The position numbers were made by a program, and so were the translations under genes. The notes beneath the pieces are model-generated. The model ran no database searches and was not told where the DNA came from. It worked only from the letters and a program-made list of their open reading frames with translations. Positions 1-8,973 of a stretch of 64,000 nt of DNA are shown piece by piece. Source of the DNA: Vulcanimicrobiota bacterium (GTDB taxonomy: Bacteria > Vulcanimicrobiota > Vulcanimicrobiia > Vulcanimicrobiales > Vulcanimicrobiaceae); assembly GCA_963786105.1 (NCBI GenBank), contig CAWAXX010000007.1, positions 1-64,000 of the forward strand, in the 5' to 3' direction. Every line of letters begins with the position of its first letter. Position 1 is the first letter of the stretch.

Positions 1-449
1 CACATCCTACCACTAAATGTATGTTTGCCTGAGCTGATCGTAAATGACTCGTGGAGCGCAAAGCCATTGAAGTATCCAGAATGCACTGTCCATGTCCCGT
101 GTGCTGTAAACGTGCCAGGGTATGGGCCGCTCGCCGTTCCGCTCGCGCTGAACTTGCCTCTTGCCACCAGATCGCCGCCACCCCCGTGGCACGTCCCGTG
201 AACGCTGCTTCCGGTGAGAACCTCTCCAGACATCGGAGAGTCCATAGGATGCGAAGTGGGTGAGTCAACCTTAACGGCGGGGATCCGAGCATCTAAAGTC
301 CGACCGGGTATTGGCGCAATCTGCGCCGCATTCGAGCAGCCAGCTAGCACGGCGACGGCACAAGCCGCGAGAAGGATGCGACGTGCCCCGCTCCTCGGCG
401 TCGCAGCGCAGATGCCCAATGCATAGCGGCTATGATGCGAAAGCTCCAT
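1..449 (-). CDS. Putative lipoprotein, runs off the left edge of the window
   Basis: Read manually (absent from the ORF track). From ATG at 449: MELSHHSRYALGICAATPRSGARRILLAACAVAVLAGCSNAAQ...SASGTASGPYPGTFTAHGTW. Lipobox LAGC; no stop before position 1. Confidence 0.7.
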   Translation of the reverse strand, partial: MELSHHSRYALGICAATPRSGARRILLAACAVAVLAGCSNAAQIAPIPGRTLDARIPAVKVDSPTSHPMDSPMSGEVLTGSSVHGTCHGGGGDLVARGKFSASGTASGPYPGTFTAHGTWTVHSGYFNGFALHESFTISSGKHTFSGRM

Positions 450-663
450 TTTTTCGTCCGACCTTTCCGAAGCATTAACGCTTCGGGAGTGCCTTCACGG
501 GCTCTGCGACACACCTTGTGAAGTAAGCAACCCTCGCAGCCTGAGCAGCGGATCGCAGGGTTGGCATAAAGGAGACTGGCCTGGCCAGAGTCCACGACTG
601 TGACTTGGCCTCGGCCGCGACGCAAGTGGCAGACTCCTCTGGGACGCAGCATGGTCTGCCGAG

Positions 664-683
664 CTAAATGGAAACTAAATGAA
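664..683. repeat. Invariant 20-bp box CTAAATG-GAAA-CTAAATG-AA, copy 1
   Basis: Identical to 2505-2524 and 3064-3083; heptamer direct repeat with 11-bp period. Confidence 0.9.
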
Positions 684-1131
684 GCCCCGTCAGCCTACTG
701 CTCCGTCGGAGCTGCCGTTTATGGTGAGGTTACGGTCACTGTGGCATGGGCATGAGCGGACCGACCGATCCACTTCGCATGCACGTAGTACACACCCGGC
801 GCAGCGGCAGAAAAGAGCGCCCTCTTTCCCCCATACAGCGGCTGGACGCTACCGCCACTCGCAGTCCAAGTTGCACCCACCGGAGTCAGGTAACATTGAC
901 CATAACCACCATTCAGCCAGATATAGGCCCAAAGAATAAGTTCCCGTTTTACCTTAATGGTAGCGACCTGTGGCTCAACGTGAAATCGGGGGGGGCAATG
1001 TGTTCGGAACTGAGTGGTGATGGTTGGTACGCCGATCGCACCCAGCGGTGGCCTCGGTTAGCTGAACGGTCCGTTATGTGATGACTTCGCCTGCTGCGGG
1101 TCGAAGAAACCCGCGAGAGGAGCAAGTCATC

Positions 1132-1431
1132 GTGCAACGTTCCCGTCGCAACCACACGGCGGCCTTCAAGGCGAAGGTGGCGATCGCCGCGATCAAGGGC
1201 GATCAAACCACGGCCGAGCTCGCCAAGCGCTTCGACATTCATCCCAACTCCATCGTTCAATGGAAAACTCAGTTGCTCGAACGAGCTGCTGAAGCTTTCG
1301 GAGGCGATGCGCCGAAAACCGGCGGCCCGGACGTCAAGGAACTCCACGCAAAGATCGGCCAGTTGGCGTTGGAGAACGATTTTTTAGAACGCGCGCTCGG
1401 GCGTATCGACGGGTCGAGCGCAAAGCGATGA
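1132..1431 (+). CDS. IS3 transposase OrfA (HTH)
   Basis: RRNHTAAFKAKVAIAAIKGDQTTAELAKRFDIHPNSIVQWK and ELHAKIGQLALENDFL. Slippery GATTTTTTAG at 1378-1387. Start may be 1078 or GTG 1132. Confidence 0.9.
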   Translation: MQRSRRNHTAAFKAKVAIAAIKGDQTTAELAKRFDIHPNSIVQWKTQLLERAAEAFGGDAPKTGGPDVKELHAKIGQLALENDFLERALGRIDGSSAKR

Positions 1432-2252
1432 TCGATCGCGACCACGCTTTGCCGCTAGCGCACCAAGCGCAGCTGCTGGAGCTCTCTCGAGGCTCGCTGT
1501 ACTACGTTCCCGTTCCAATCTCGCAGACAGATCTTGATCTGATGCGAGAGATCGACAAGCTGCACACCGAGTATCCATTCGCCGGCGCTCGAATGCTGCG
1601 CGACTTTCTCAAACAACAAGGCCATCGGATCGGCCGCCGGCACGTAGGCCGGCTGATGGACTTGATGGGCATTGAGGCGCTCTATCGTCGCAAGCGTGGC
1701 ACCAAGCGCAATCCGGCGCACCCGATTTATCCCTACCTTCTGAGGAACATCGTCATCAATCGCCCGAATCAGGTTTGGTGCGCCGACATTTCGTATATCC
1801 CGATGCGTCGAGGTTTTCTGTACCTCTTCGCCATTCTCGATTGGGCGACGCGCAAAGTTCTTACGTGGCGGCTCTCTAACAGCTTGACAACCGACTTCTG
1901 CATCGATGCTGTCGAAGACGCGATCGCGAAATACGGTTGCCCGGAGATCTTCAACACCGATCAAGGCTGCCAGTTCACAGCGATCGACTTCGTGGAGATG
2001 CTCAAGGCTAAAGGCATCGCCATCAGCATGGACGGCAGAGGCGCTTGGCGCGATAACGTCTTCATCGAGCGTTTTTGGAAATCGCTCAAGTACGAGGAGG
2101 TTTACTTGCGCGCATACGAGAGCGCTTCGGAAGCCAAGTATTTCATCGGACGCTACATTCGATTCTACAACGAGTTCCGACCGCATTCGTCGCTCGACGG
2201 CCGAACGCCGGACGCGGTATACTTCCGCCAGCCGACCGAAGAGGCGGCATAA
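1428..2252 (+). CDS. IS3 transposase OrfB (DDE/rve)
   Basis: WCADISY, NTDQGCQF and DNVFIERFWKSLKYE motifs; ATGA overlap with orfA. Confidence 0.95.
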   Translation: MIDRDHALPLAHQAQLLELSRGSLYYVPVPISQTDLDLMREIDKLHTEYPFAGARMLRDFLKQQGHRIGRRHVGRLMDLMGIEALYRRKRGTKRNPAHPIYPYLLRNIVINRPNQVWCADISYIPMRRGFLYLFAILDWATRKVLTWRLSNSLTTDFCIDAVEDAIAKYGCPEIFNTDQGCQFTAIDFVEMLKAKGIAISMDGRGAWRDNVFIERFWKSLKYEEVYLRAYESASEAKYFIGRYIRFYNEFRPHSSLDGRTPDAVYFRQPTEEAA

Positions 2253-2504
2253 CTTGGGCGGTCTTCACATAACGGACACCGATTTCGTGTTCAGAAAACC
2301 GGCGCCACCTCTCCCTGAGGCGCGACTCCGCCGAGCGGGTTTGCCATTGAGTTGGAACCCACGCCGCAGCCGGCAACGAGCAACGCGGCAAGGCATCCGC
2401 CGGCGCTGATGATCCGAGGTTGTTTCATGATCGTCTCCAGTTAAATCTTAGATACGAGCATATCGTACCGAGGCACTTGCATGACCGAAGCATGGCCTAC
2501 CGGA

Positions 2505-2524
2505 CTAAATGGAAACTAAATGAA
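2505..2524. repeat. Invariant 20-bp box, copy 2 (77 bp upstream of ATG 2428 on the minus strand)
   Basis: CTAAATGGAAACTAAATGAA. Confidence 0.9.
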
Positions 2525-2554
2525 ATCTGTCCGTCTACTGCGCGCCGCAACTGT

Positions 2555-2986
2555 TTATAAGATCACCGTCACCGTAGAATGAGCACGGGAACCGCTCCAC
2601 TTCGCATTCACGCGGTACACGCCCGGCAGAAGGGCAAAAAAGACCGCCTCCTTGCCCCCGCCGACCGGTTGGATTACACCGCCGCTTGCAGTCCAACTTG
2701 CAGGCTCGTAGGACTGCTCGCAAATGGGGGAATCCCAATGCAGGTAATAGTCGTGAAGATGGAGTTGCTGGTTTACCTTGATGGTCGCATGATTTGGGCT
2801 AACGTGAAGTCCCTGGCGGCAACGGTTGAGGGGCGTTTGAGTGGTTGTGCTGGGCGCGTCAATCGCACCCTGAGAAGCGACTCCGCCGAGCGGGTTTATC
2901 GTTGAGCTGGGACTCACGCCGCTACAGCCGGCAACGAGCAATGCCGCAAGGCATCCGCCGACGCTGATGATCCGAGGTTGTTTCAT
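2555..2986 (-). CDS. Small lipoprotein, intact member of the tandem paralogue array
   Basis: Lipobox VAGC and GGAG Shine-Dalgarno. Beta-rich C-terminus (VSPNHATIKVNQ...WTASGG...PGVYRV...TVTV), possibly Ig-like. Confidence 0.85.
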   Translation of the reverse strand: MKQPRIISVGGCLAALLVAGCSGVSPSSTINPLGGVASQGAIDAPSTTTQTPLNRCRQGLHVSPNHATIKVNQQLHLHDYYLHWDSPICEQSYEPASWTASGGVIQPVGGGKEAVFFALLPGVYRVNAKWSGSRAHSTVTVIL

Positions 2987-3063
2987 GATCGTCTCCAGTT
3001 AAGTCCTAAGATACGGGCATATCCGTCTGAGGCACTCGCATGACGGCAGCTTGGTCTGTCAGG

Positions 3064-3083
3064 CTAAATGGAAACTAAATGAA
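3064..3083. repeat. Invariant 20-bp box, copy 3 (78 bp upstream of ATG 2986 on the minus strand)
   Basis: CTAAATGGAAACTAAATGAA. Confidence 0.9.
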
Positions 3084-3126
3084 GCCCCCGCCTACCGCTA
3101 CGTTGCGACTGCCGTTTATCGCGAGG

Positions 3127-3177
3127 TTATCGTACCGTCACGGTAGCTCTGGTGATCCGACCGTGCCACTTGGCTCT
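3127..3177 (-). pseudogene. C-terminal remnant of a third lipoprotein paralogue
   Basis: Minus strand reads RAKWHGRITRATVTVR*, matching NAKWSGSRAHSTVTVIL*. It is followed by the same spacer and box. Confidence 0.65.
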
Positions 3178-3375
3178 TGGCCATCCGATGCGGCATAATT
3201 GTCCAATGTCCAACGGTGCGTCATCTCTCTTGCCAACGATGCGGAGCGTTGTCCAGTGCTAAGTCCGAAAGCTCGTGAGCCGTTACGCTGTCAGGCACAC
3301 ACCCGAGCGATATGGCGCTCGCGGCTTCTACGCCTTGCGCCCATTCGCGATTGCGGCGATGCTGCTCCGCATTAG

Positions 3376-4122
3376 CCGCAAACGATCATTCACCATCACC
3401 GCGTTCTTCGCCAGGCGCTCGCGCAGCCGGTAAAGTGGGGCCTGATCGTTCGCAACGTTGCCGATTCAGTGGACCCGCCGCGCCGGGTTCGGCCCGAGAT
3501 TCGCGCTCTCGATGAAAGTCAACTCGCGAAGCTCCTCAAACACGCTGAAGGCACGCGGCTCGTCTCACCAATTTACCTCGCGATCGTATCCGGAGTACGG
3601 CGCGGCGAACTCGTTGCTCTGCAATGGTCCGACCTCGATGTGGAAGTCGGGACGATCTCCGTGCGACGCTCGATCGAACAAACCAAAGACGGAATCGCTA
3701 CGAAGACCCCAAAATCTGGAAAGTCACGTTCGATCAGCCTCGCTCGCGAGACGATCGAAGTGCTCTCGCAAGCATCGGGTCACGCAGAACGCGGAGCGCC
3801 TGAAAGCCGGCGGCGCCTACCAATGCCTCGATCTCATCTCCCTCGTGAAGACGGGTCGGCTTGGGAGCCGGAGTCGTTCGGCAAGGCCTTCGCACTCGTC
3901 GCAAAGGATGCCGCAATCGGCCACGTTCGGTTGCACGACCTACGCCACGCATGCGCCTCGCTCGTGCTCAAGAACGGCGTACACGCGAAGGTCGTATCCG
4001 AGCGCCTCGGCCACTCGACGATCTCGATCACGCTCGACACCTACTCCCACGTTCTGCTCGGCCTCCAGAAAGCGGCCGCCGACAAACTCGATGACTTGCT
4101 AAAGTCGGCCCGCGGCATTTGA
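3376..4122 (+). pseudogene. Tyrosine recombinase/integrase, 5'-truncated with two compensating frameshifts
   Basis: HRVLRQAL..VKWGLIVRNVA, GVRRGEL, HDLRH, ERLGHS and DTYSH motifs. In-frame stop just upstream of 3376. The segment RKHRVTQNAERLKAGGAYQ lies in another frame (~3765-3840). Confidence 0.88.
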
Positions 4123-4133
4123 GGCAACCAACG

Positions 4134-4153
4134 GGTAGCAAAATGGTAGCAAA
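4134..4153. repeat. Direct repeat GGTAGCAAA x2, likely integrase arm-type binding sites
   Basis: Copies at 4134-4142 and 4145-4153, between the integrase stop and the tRNA 3' end. Confidence 0.55.
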
Positions 4154-4202
4154 CCCGAAAACGGCGGCCTCGAAAGCCGTTGAGCGTCACTCTCTCTAGA
4201 AT

Positions 4203-4228
4203 GAAAAAAGCCCGTGGTTACGGGCTTT
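4203..4228 (-). terminator. Rho-independent terminator after tRNA-Ser
   Basis: Minus strand AAAGCCCGT-aacc-ACGGGCTTT followed by a T run. Confidence 0.75.
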
Positions 4229-4229
4229 C

Positions 4230-4320
4230 TGGAGGAGAGGGTGGGATTCGAACCCACGAAACGCTCATCGCGTTCAGCGGTTTTCAAGACCGCCGCATTC
4301 AACCGCTCTGCCACCTCTCC
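4230..4320 (-). tRNA. tRNA-Ser(TGA)
   Basis: GGAGAGG acceptor stem, GCGGT-CT TGA AA-ACCGC anticodon arm, long variable arm, GTTCGAATC T-loop and encoded CCA. Confidence 0.97.
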
Positions 4321-4694
4321 GCGTTAGATTTCAATGCGGCTTTTCGGCGCATAGACCTTTCGGGGCTTGCCGCCGCGCCGCAAGGTATTTATTTTCCCGC
4401 TCGCTGCGTGGTTGCGTTGGGGATGCACGGCGGGCGAGCGGCGCGAGGGCTCGTCACGACGCCGATCGCACACTGCGCACTTCGGAGCGTCACGCCCGCC
4501 TGCGGATGGATGTAGTGCTGTCGCAGTTTCAGCGCTTGCTACAGGCCATTGACAAAGCTAACAAGTGGGCGCATTCTGAGCCCCTAAGGTCCTCCTCTTC
4601 GTCTGACAGCCCTGGCTCCCCGCACACTCTCTCTGGCAGCCCCCAGCCTTTGCGTCCGTCCCGAAGCACTCGGAGAAAGCAAGAGTCAGAGACC

Positions 4695-5696
4695 ATGCGA
4701 CTCTCAATTTCGGCTCTTTACGTATTGATAGCTGTCCCAGCCTTGCTCACTAGCTGCGGGGGCATATCATCGACGCCGACACCGCTGCTCCAGCAGAATC
4801 AATCACACTCATTGAAACACGCCTCGGGGTCGTGCCCGTGTCTCTACGTCGCAAACAATGCCGGCCAGAGCGTGACCGTCTACGCATCCGGGGCGACGGG
4901 CAACGCGAAGCCGATCCAGACTATTACCGGGAACATCACGAACTTGAACAGCCCCGAGGATGTTGCCGTGGATGCCGGCGGTAATATCTACGTAGCCAAC
5001 GCCGACGGGGAGTCCGTGACTGTCTATGCCGCCGGCGCCACCGGCAACGTCGCCCCAATCCGGGCCATCACGGGCAGCAATACGGGACTCGACTTTCCCT
5101 TCGGCATCGCTCTCGATCCGCTCAACGGCGACATCTACGTAACGAACAACGGAAACAACACCGTAACGGTCTACGCTCCTGGCGCAAATGGCAACGTCGC
5201 GCCGATCGCGACGATCGGAGGCGGATCCACCGGACTTGCTGATCCTGACAACGTCGCATTGGATGCAAGCGGCAATATTTACGTCACCAACTTCTTCAAC
5301 ACCGTCACCGTCTACGCGGCGGGTGCTACCGGTAACGTTCCACCCATGCGGACCATCGCCGGCACGCGCACCAAGCTGTCCGACCCTTTTGGAATCGCCC
5401 TGGATTCCGCTTCTAACATATACGTGGCGAACTACGCCGACCGCATCGCAACCGTCTATGCCGCCGGCGCGCACGGCAACGCAAGGCCGATCCAAGCCAT
5501 CAAAGGCGCTATGACGAAGCTGAAGGAGCCAATGGGCATCGCGGTTGACGGCAGCGACAACATCTACGCGGCGAACGATACTTACAACTCGATCACCGTT
5601 TACGCTGCCGGCTCGACCGGCGACGTTCCCCCGATGAACACGATAAAAGGCAGGAAAACGGGACTTAACGTCCCGCTTGGAATCGCTGTCCGCTAA
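4695..5696 (+). CDS. NHL-repeat beta-propeller lipoprotein
   Basis: Lipobox LTSC; about 6 repeats of L..P.GIA.D..GNIYV.N....VTVY..GA.GNV.P. Confidence 0.85.
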   Translation: MRLSISALYVLIAVPALLTSCGGISSTPTPLLQQNQSHSLKHASGSCPCLYVANNAGQSVTVYASGATGNAKPIQTITGNITNLNSPEDVAVDAGGNIYVANADGESVTVYAAGATGNVAPIRAITGSNTGLDFPFGIALDPLNGDIYVTNNGNNTVTVYAPGANGNVAPIATIGGGSTGLADPDNVALDASGNIYVTNFFNTVTVYAAGATGNVPPMRTIAGTRTKLSDPFGIALDSASNIYVANYADRIATVYAAGAHGNARPIQAIKGAMTKLKEPMGIAVDGSDNIYAANDTYNSITVYAAGSTGDVPPMNTIKGRKTGLNVPLGIAVR

Positions 5697-5750
5697 ACCA
5701 AATGAACCCCGTGGGAGATCGGGCGGGTGCGCGAGAATATCTCGTCCACT

Positions 5751-6296
5751 GTGAATCGCTCCCTGGCCTTCGTCGGCGCATTCGCACTCGCAGCCGCCCT
5801 GCCCGCTCTCGCGCTTGGCGCTCCTCGAGGAGGTTTAGCGCTTCCTCGCCCGGCGGCTCCGGCTCCCCATGCTGCTGTTCGCGGTTGGTCCGCTAATCAA
5901 GATAACTTTAAGGTTCCGTTCCACGTCGACGTCCAGCCGCTAATGGAGCCGCAACGCATCACGATTCACCCGGCCAGCTTTAATCCACAGGCGCTAGTAC
6001 GTCCGTACCGGCGGTACGGCTGGCAATCCGCGCCTGCCTACCTTTGGTATCCCGCGCTGTATGGACCGGCATGCTCCGTAAGCAATAATTTTTCGAACCT
6101 ACCGAACGAGCAGCTGCCGCCGGACTTGACCATTGGTTCGCTGGTGGACGGAAAATCCAGCATCCTCTCTCCGCAGTCGTACAATGCCGGCTATGCAGCG
6201 GGGAACGACCCCGGTGCAGCGAGTTCAAGTCCCTTTTCGCTCCAGGTTGGATTTTACCCGACAGCGTGCGGGGCGCCGAGCTTCACGAACCTATAG
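5751..6296 (+). CDS. Hypothetical exported protein
   Basis: N-terminal signal-like hydrophobic stretch; no recognised domain. Confidence 0.55.
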   Translation: MNRSLAFVGAFALAAALPALALGAPRGGLALPRPAAPAPHAAVRGWSANQDNFKVPFHVDVQPLMEPQRITIHPASFNPQALVRPYRRYGWQSAPAYLWYPALYGPACSVSNNFSNLPNEQLPPDLTIGSLVDGKSSILSPQSYNAGYAAGNDPGAASSSPFSLQVGFYPTACGAPSFTNL

Positions 6297-6316
6297 CGTA
6301 AGGTGCTGTTGACCGC

Positions 6317-7246
6317 CTAGACGTCTGCACCACCGAATGCTGAATAACGCGCGTCGGTCGTGATGTATGGGATGTAGCGGAAATCGCGAATCAGCGAGAT
6401 ACGGCCCGCGCTAACCTCGATCAAGACGAAGTACGCCGGCTCTCGGCTCGACGGGGAACTGAAGATCGCAAGCACCGGAACGCCGTCGACGAAGCCCGCT
6501 TCCGCGCGGAGGTCTTGGGTCTTTGTGTAGGCGGCGTAGCGATCGTAATATCCCGCGTCCACCGCACGTGGATGTTGCACGCGCGACACGACCTCGAGGC
6601 GCGATTCCGCTGCAAGCAGCGCGCGCAGTCCATCCCAGTTGTGGGCGTTGAAGAGATCGGCGTACCGCCGCAGCGTCACCAGCGTTTCGCCGGCGACGGG
6701 TTGCGGCGGTTCCGCAAAACGCGCGCGTGGCGTCCGAGCGATGTTCGCTCGCGCCCTCGACAAGGCGGCCTTCACCGCGCCGACGGTGGTTCCCATCGTG
6801 TGCGCGGTTTCCTCGAGCGACTGTCCGAGAACGTCTTTGAGGATCGCGGCGCTGCGTTGCGTCGGCGGCAGCTGCGCGAAAACCGTCAGCGCCGCTTCCA
6901 CGAGTGCGGGATCGACGCCGGATTCTTCGGGCTGTGCGCGGTCAGGAACGTCGGCGACGGGCTCCACGTGTTGGCGTTCGTAGCGTTTGATGAAATCCAT
7001 GGCGGTATTATGCGCGATCCGGAAGAGCCAGGGTTTGAGGTTGGGCGGCTGCACCATCTGGCCCAGAGCGTAATACGCTTTCGCTAAAGTGTCTTGAACG
7101 ACGTCCTCGCCGTCGAAGATCGAGCCGGTCATGCGCGCACAGTACCGATGGAGCTCGGGACGAATTTCGCCGACGAGCTCCATGAATTGGTCGCGTGCTT
7201 CCACCATCGCCGGCAACAGCGCGCGCGTCTGATCTTCCATCTTCAC
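6317..7246 (-). CDS. ECF sigma-70 factor with C-terminal SnoaL-like domain
   Basis: LHRYCARMTGS..DGEDVVQD, WLFRIAHN and VKAALSRAR motifs, plus a C-terminal extension. Confidence 0.88.
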   Translation of the reverse strand: MKMEDQTRALLPAMVEARDQFMELVGEIRPELHRYCARMTGSIFDGEDVVQDTLAKAYYALGQMVQPPNLKPWLFRIAHNTAMDFIKRYERQHVEPVADVPDRAQPEESGVDPALVEAALTVFAQLPPTQRSAAILKDVLGQSLEETAHTMGTTVGAVKAALSRARANIARTPRARFAEPPQPVAGETLVTLRRYADLFNAHNWDGLRALLAAESRLEVVSRVQHPRAVDAGYYDRYAAYTKTQDLRAEAGFVDGVPVLAIFSSPSSREPAYFVLIEVSAGRISLIRDFRYIPYITTDARYSAFGGADV

Positions 7247-7998
7247 CCCAACGGTTCGACGCCTTCACCGGTCACCCCGATTGCGGCGACGCCGTCGGCT
7301 AGATCTCCTCGCAAGCCGCCGACGATCGCCGCGCCGACTGTATCGGCGTCGAGCGGCACCTTCCAGCGACGCTTGAGAAACTCCGCCGCTGATAAACCCT
7401 GCGCCGCGCCATAATTGGCGGCTGCCGTGTTTCCGATCTCCGTCCCTTCAATTAGTTGACGCGGCAGCACGGCGAAAAAACGGATGCCTAACTTCTTAGC
7501 GTCCGATACTTCTTGTGCGTACTCTGCCATGAACCATTGCATACGCTTTGCGCCGGCGTAGCCGCCCGAGAGCGGTGAGCCGGCGACCGCAGCTCCGCTC
7601 GAAACGATCGCGACCGTACTGCCCGCCGCGAGCGGAAGCGTCAGCACAGCCTTCAGTAGGCGAAATGCAGCTTGCGTATCGGCGTTCCACGGAATTGAAA
7701 ATGTCTCCCAACTGAACTCGTCGAGCGTTCCCATCTGCGGCCGAACGCCGGCGGCAAGCACGACGAGTTGCGGTTTGTACTCGCGCAGCAACCGGTCGGC
7801 GGTCGACGCATCCGTCGCGTCGGCCTGGACCGTTCGCACGGCGCCATCGAACTCTGCTGCAACCGCGTCGAGTCCATCGCGTCCACGCGCAATGGCAACG
7901 ACCGAGGCTCCTTCGGAAACCAACCGTCTCACCGTTGCCAGACCGACACCGGAGCTCGCTCCGATCACCATGGCGGACTGATCTTTTAACGACTTCAT
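7243..7998 (-). CDS. Short-chain dehydrogenase/reductase
   Basis: GASSGVG nucleotide-binding motif, VSS and YAGAK. Confidence 0.88.
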   Translation of the reverse strand: MKSLKDQSAMVIGASSGVGLATVRRLVSEGASVVAIARGRDGLDAVAAEFDGAVRTVQADATDASTADRLLREYKPQLVVLAAGVRPQMGTLDEFSWETFSIPWNADTQAAFRLLKAVLTLPLAAGSTVAIVSSGAAVAGSPLSGGYAGAKRMQWFMAEYAQEVSDAKKLGIRFFAVLPRQLIEGTEIGNTAAANYGAAQGLSAAEFLKRRWKVPLDADTVGAAIVGGLRGDLADGVAAIGVTGEGVEPLG

Positions 7999-8113
7999 CG
8001 TAGAGCTCTCCTGAGCAAAGCGGCGAGCCATATAACCGTTCCGGCGCCGGCCCCGCTCGCAAGCGGGACTAAAACCTCTTCCACTGGCGTCGCCATAATG
8101 TGCGCGAGAACGA

Positions 8114-8848
8114 TCATGTCAGGATCTCCTGCGCAGCAGCGACGACGTCGCTCCACTTGCCGTCTTGCTCGACTCCGTACGAGTCATGCCAGTTCCACCA
8201 TTTGTAAGGCTCGGACTGCGGATAGCCTTCGGGGGAATCTTCCCAGTTCTCCTGACGCCCGAGGGGCGTGATGTCGAGGTAGCTCCACGTGCTTCCGAGC
8301 CCCTCGTCACCGCGGTTATTGAGGAAGTACGTGCGGTACACGTCGTCGCCGTCGCGGAAGAAGACGTTGGTGCCATGCCATTCGTCAACGCCGAAGTCGG
8401 CGTCGAAAGCGTCGGTAATCGTATACCACGGCATCGTCCAGCCCATCCGGACCTTCAGGCGCTCGATGTCGGGCTGCGGAGCGCGCGAGACGTTCGCGAA
8501 GGTCGTGTCTCGTGCGTGGAGGTGTGAAACGTGCGCGACCTGATCGGCCATCATCGAGCAGCCGCGACAGGCATGCTCGGGCCAGCCGTACACGCCCGGT
8601 TCGAAGAACGCGCGGTAGATCACTAACTGGCGCCGCCCGTCGAACAAGTCGAGGAGGCTGACCTTCCCTTTCGGAGAGTCGAACGTGTAGTTTTTCTCCA
8701 CGCGCGTCCACGGCATGCGGCGCCGCTCTGCCGCGAGCGCGTCGCTGGCGCGGGTCGACGCTTTTTCTTTTACCAGCAGCTGCTGGCGGGCGGTTTCCCA
8801 CTCCTCCGGCGACACGACGGGAGGTGCGTTCGATAGGCGGTCGGTCAT
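8114..8848 (-). CDS. DUF899 thioredoxin-like protein
   Basis: LAAERRRMPW, SLLDLFDGRRQL, CRGC and LDITPLGRQE..EDSPEGYPQ motifs. Confidence 0.88.
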   Translation of the reverse strand: MTDRLSNAPPVVSPEEWETARQQLLVKEKASTRASDALAAERRRMPWTRVEKNYTFDSPKGKVSLLDLFDGRRQLVIYRAFFEPGVYGWPEHACRGCSMMADQVAHVSHLHARDTTFANVSRAPQPDIERLKVRMGWTMPWYTITDAFDADFGVDEWHGTNVFFRDGDDVYRTYFLNNRGDEGLGSTWSYLDITPLGRQENWEDSPEGYPQSEPYKWWNWHDSYGVEQDGKWSDVVAAAQEILT

Positions 8849-8942
8849 TTGTTATCCCCTTCAAAAAACTCGGTACTGTTATGAAGACGATTGTGCCCGC
8901 CCAAAAGATACGGTAGTCCGGCGTTGGGATGACCCCTCGGGA

Positions 8943-8973
8943 GCTGTGACCTGGCACCGACCCAGGTCACAGC
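8943..8973. repeat. Perfect 12-bp inverted repeat (REP-like or operator)
   Basis: GCTGTGACCTGG-caccgac-CCAGGTCACAGC between divergent genes. Confidence 0.7.

Larger units (their letters stand above)
1044..2312 (+). mobile_element. Complete IS3-family insertion sequence (~1269 bp)
   Basis: Imperfect terminal inverted repeats (AGCGGTGGCC...TGAAC...GTCCGTTATGTG and CACATAACGGAC...GTTCAG...GCCACCTCT). 3-bp target duplication CCC at 1041-1043 and 2313-2315. orfA/orfB organisation. Confidence 0.93.
719..2428 (-). pseudogene. Lipoprotein paralogue of 2555-2986, split by IS3 (segments 2428-2313 and 1040-719)
   Basis: Removing the IS and one CCC copy gives an open 438-nt frame: MKQPRIISAGGCLAALLVAGCGVGSNSMANPLGGVAPQGAIG...WTASGGSVQPLYGGKRALFSAAAPGVYYVHAKW...ATVTVTSP*. 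Colinear with the intact copy. Confidence 0.9.

Noticed and set aside
463..570. Hairpins upstream of the 1-449 gene as a riboswitch
   Set aside because: Only short stems (CCGAAGC/GCTTCGG, CAACCCT/AGGGTTG); no recognisable aptamer consensus.
664..3083. Three identical 20-mers as a CRISPR array
   Set aside because: Spacing is ~560 bp and contains whole genes; no cas genes are present.
664..4122. Integron (attC cassettes plus IntI)
   Set aside because: The boxes are direct repeats without RYYYAAC/GTTRRRY palindromes, and the recombinase looks like a phage/ICE integrase.
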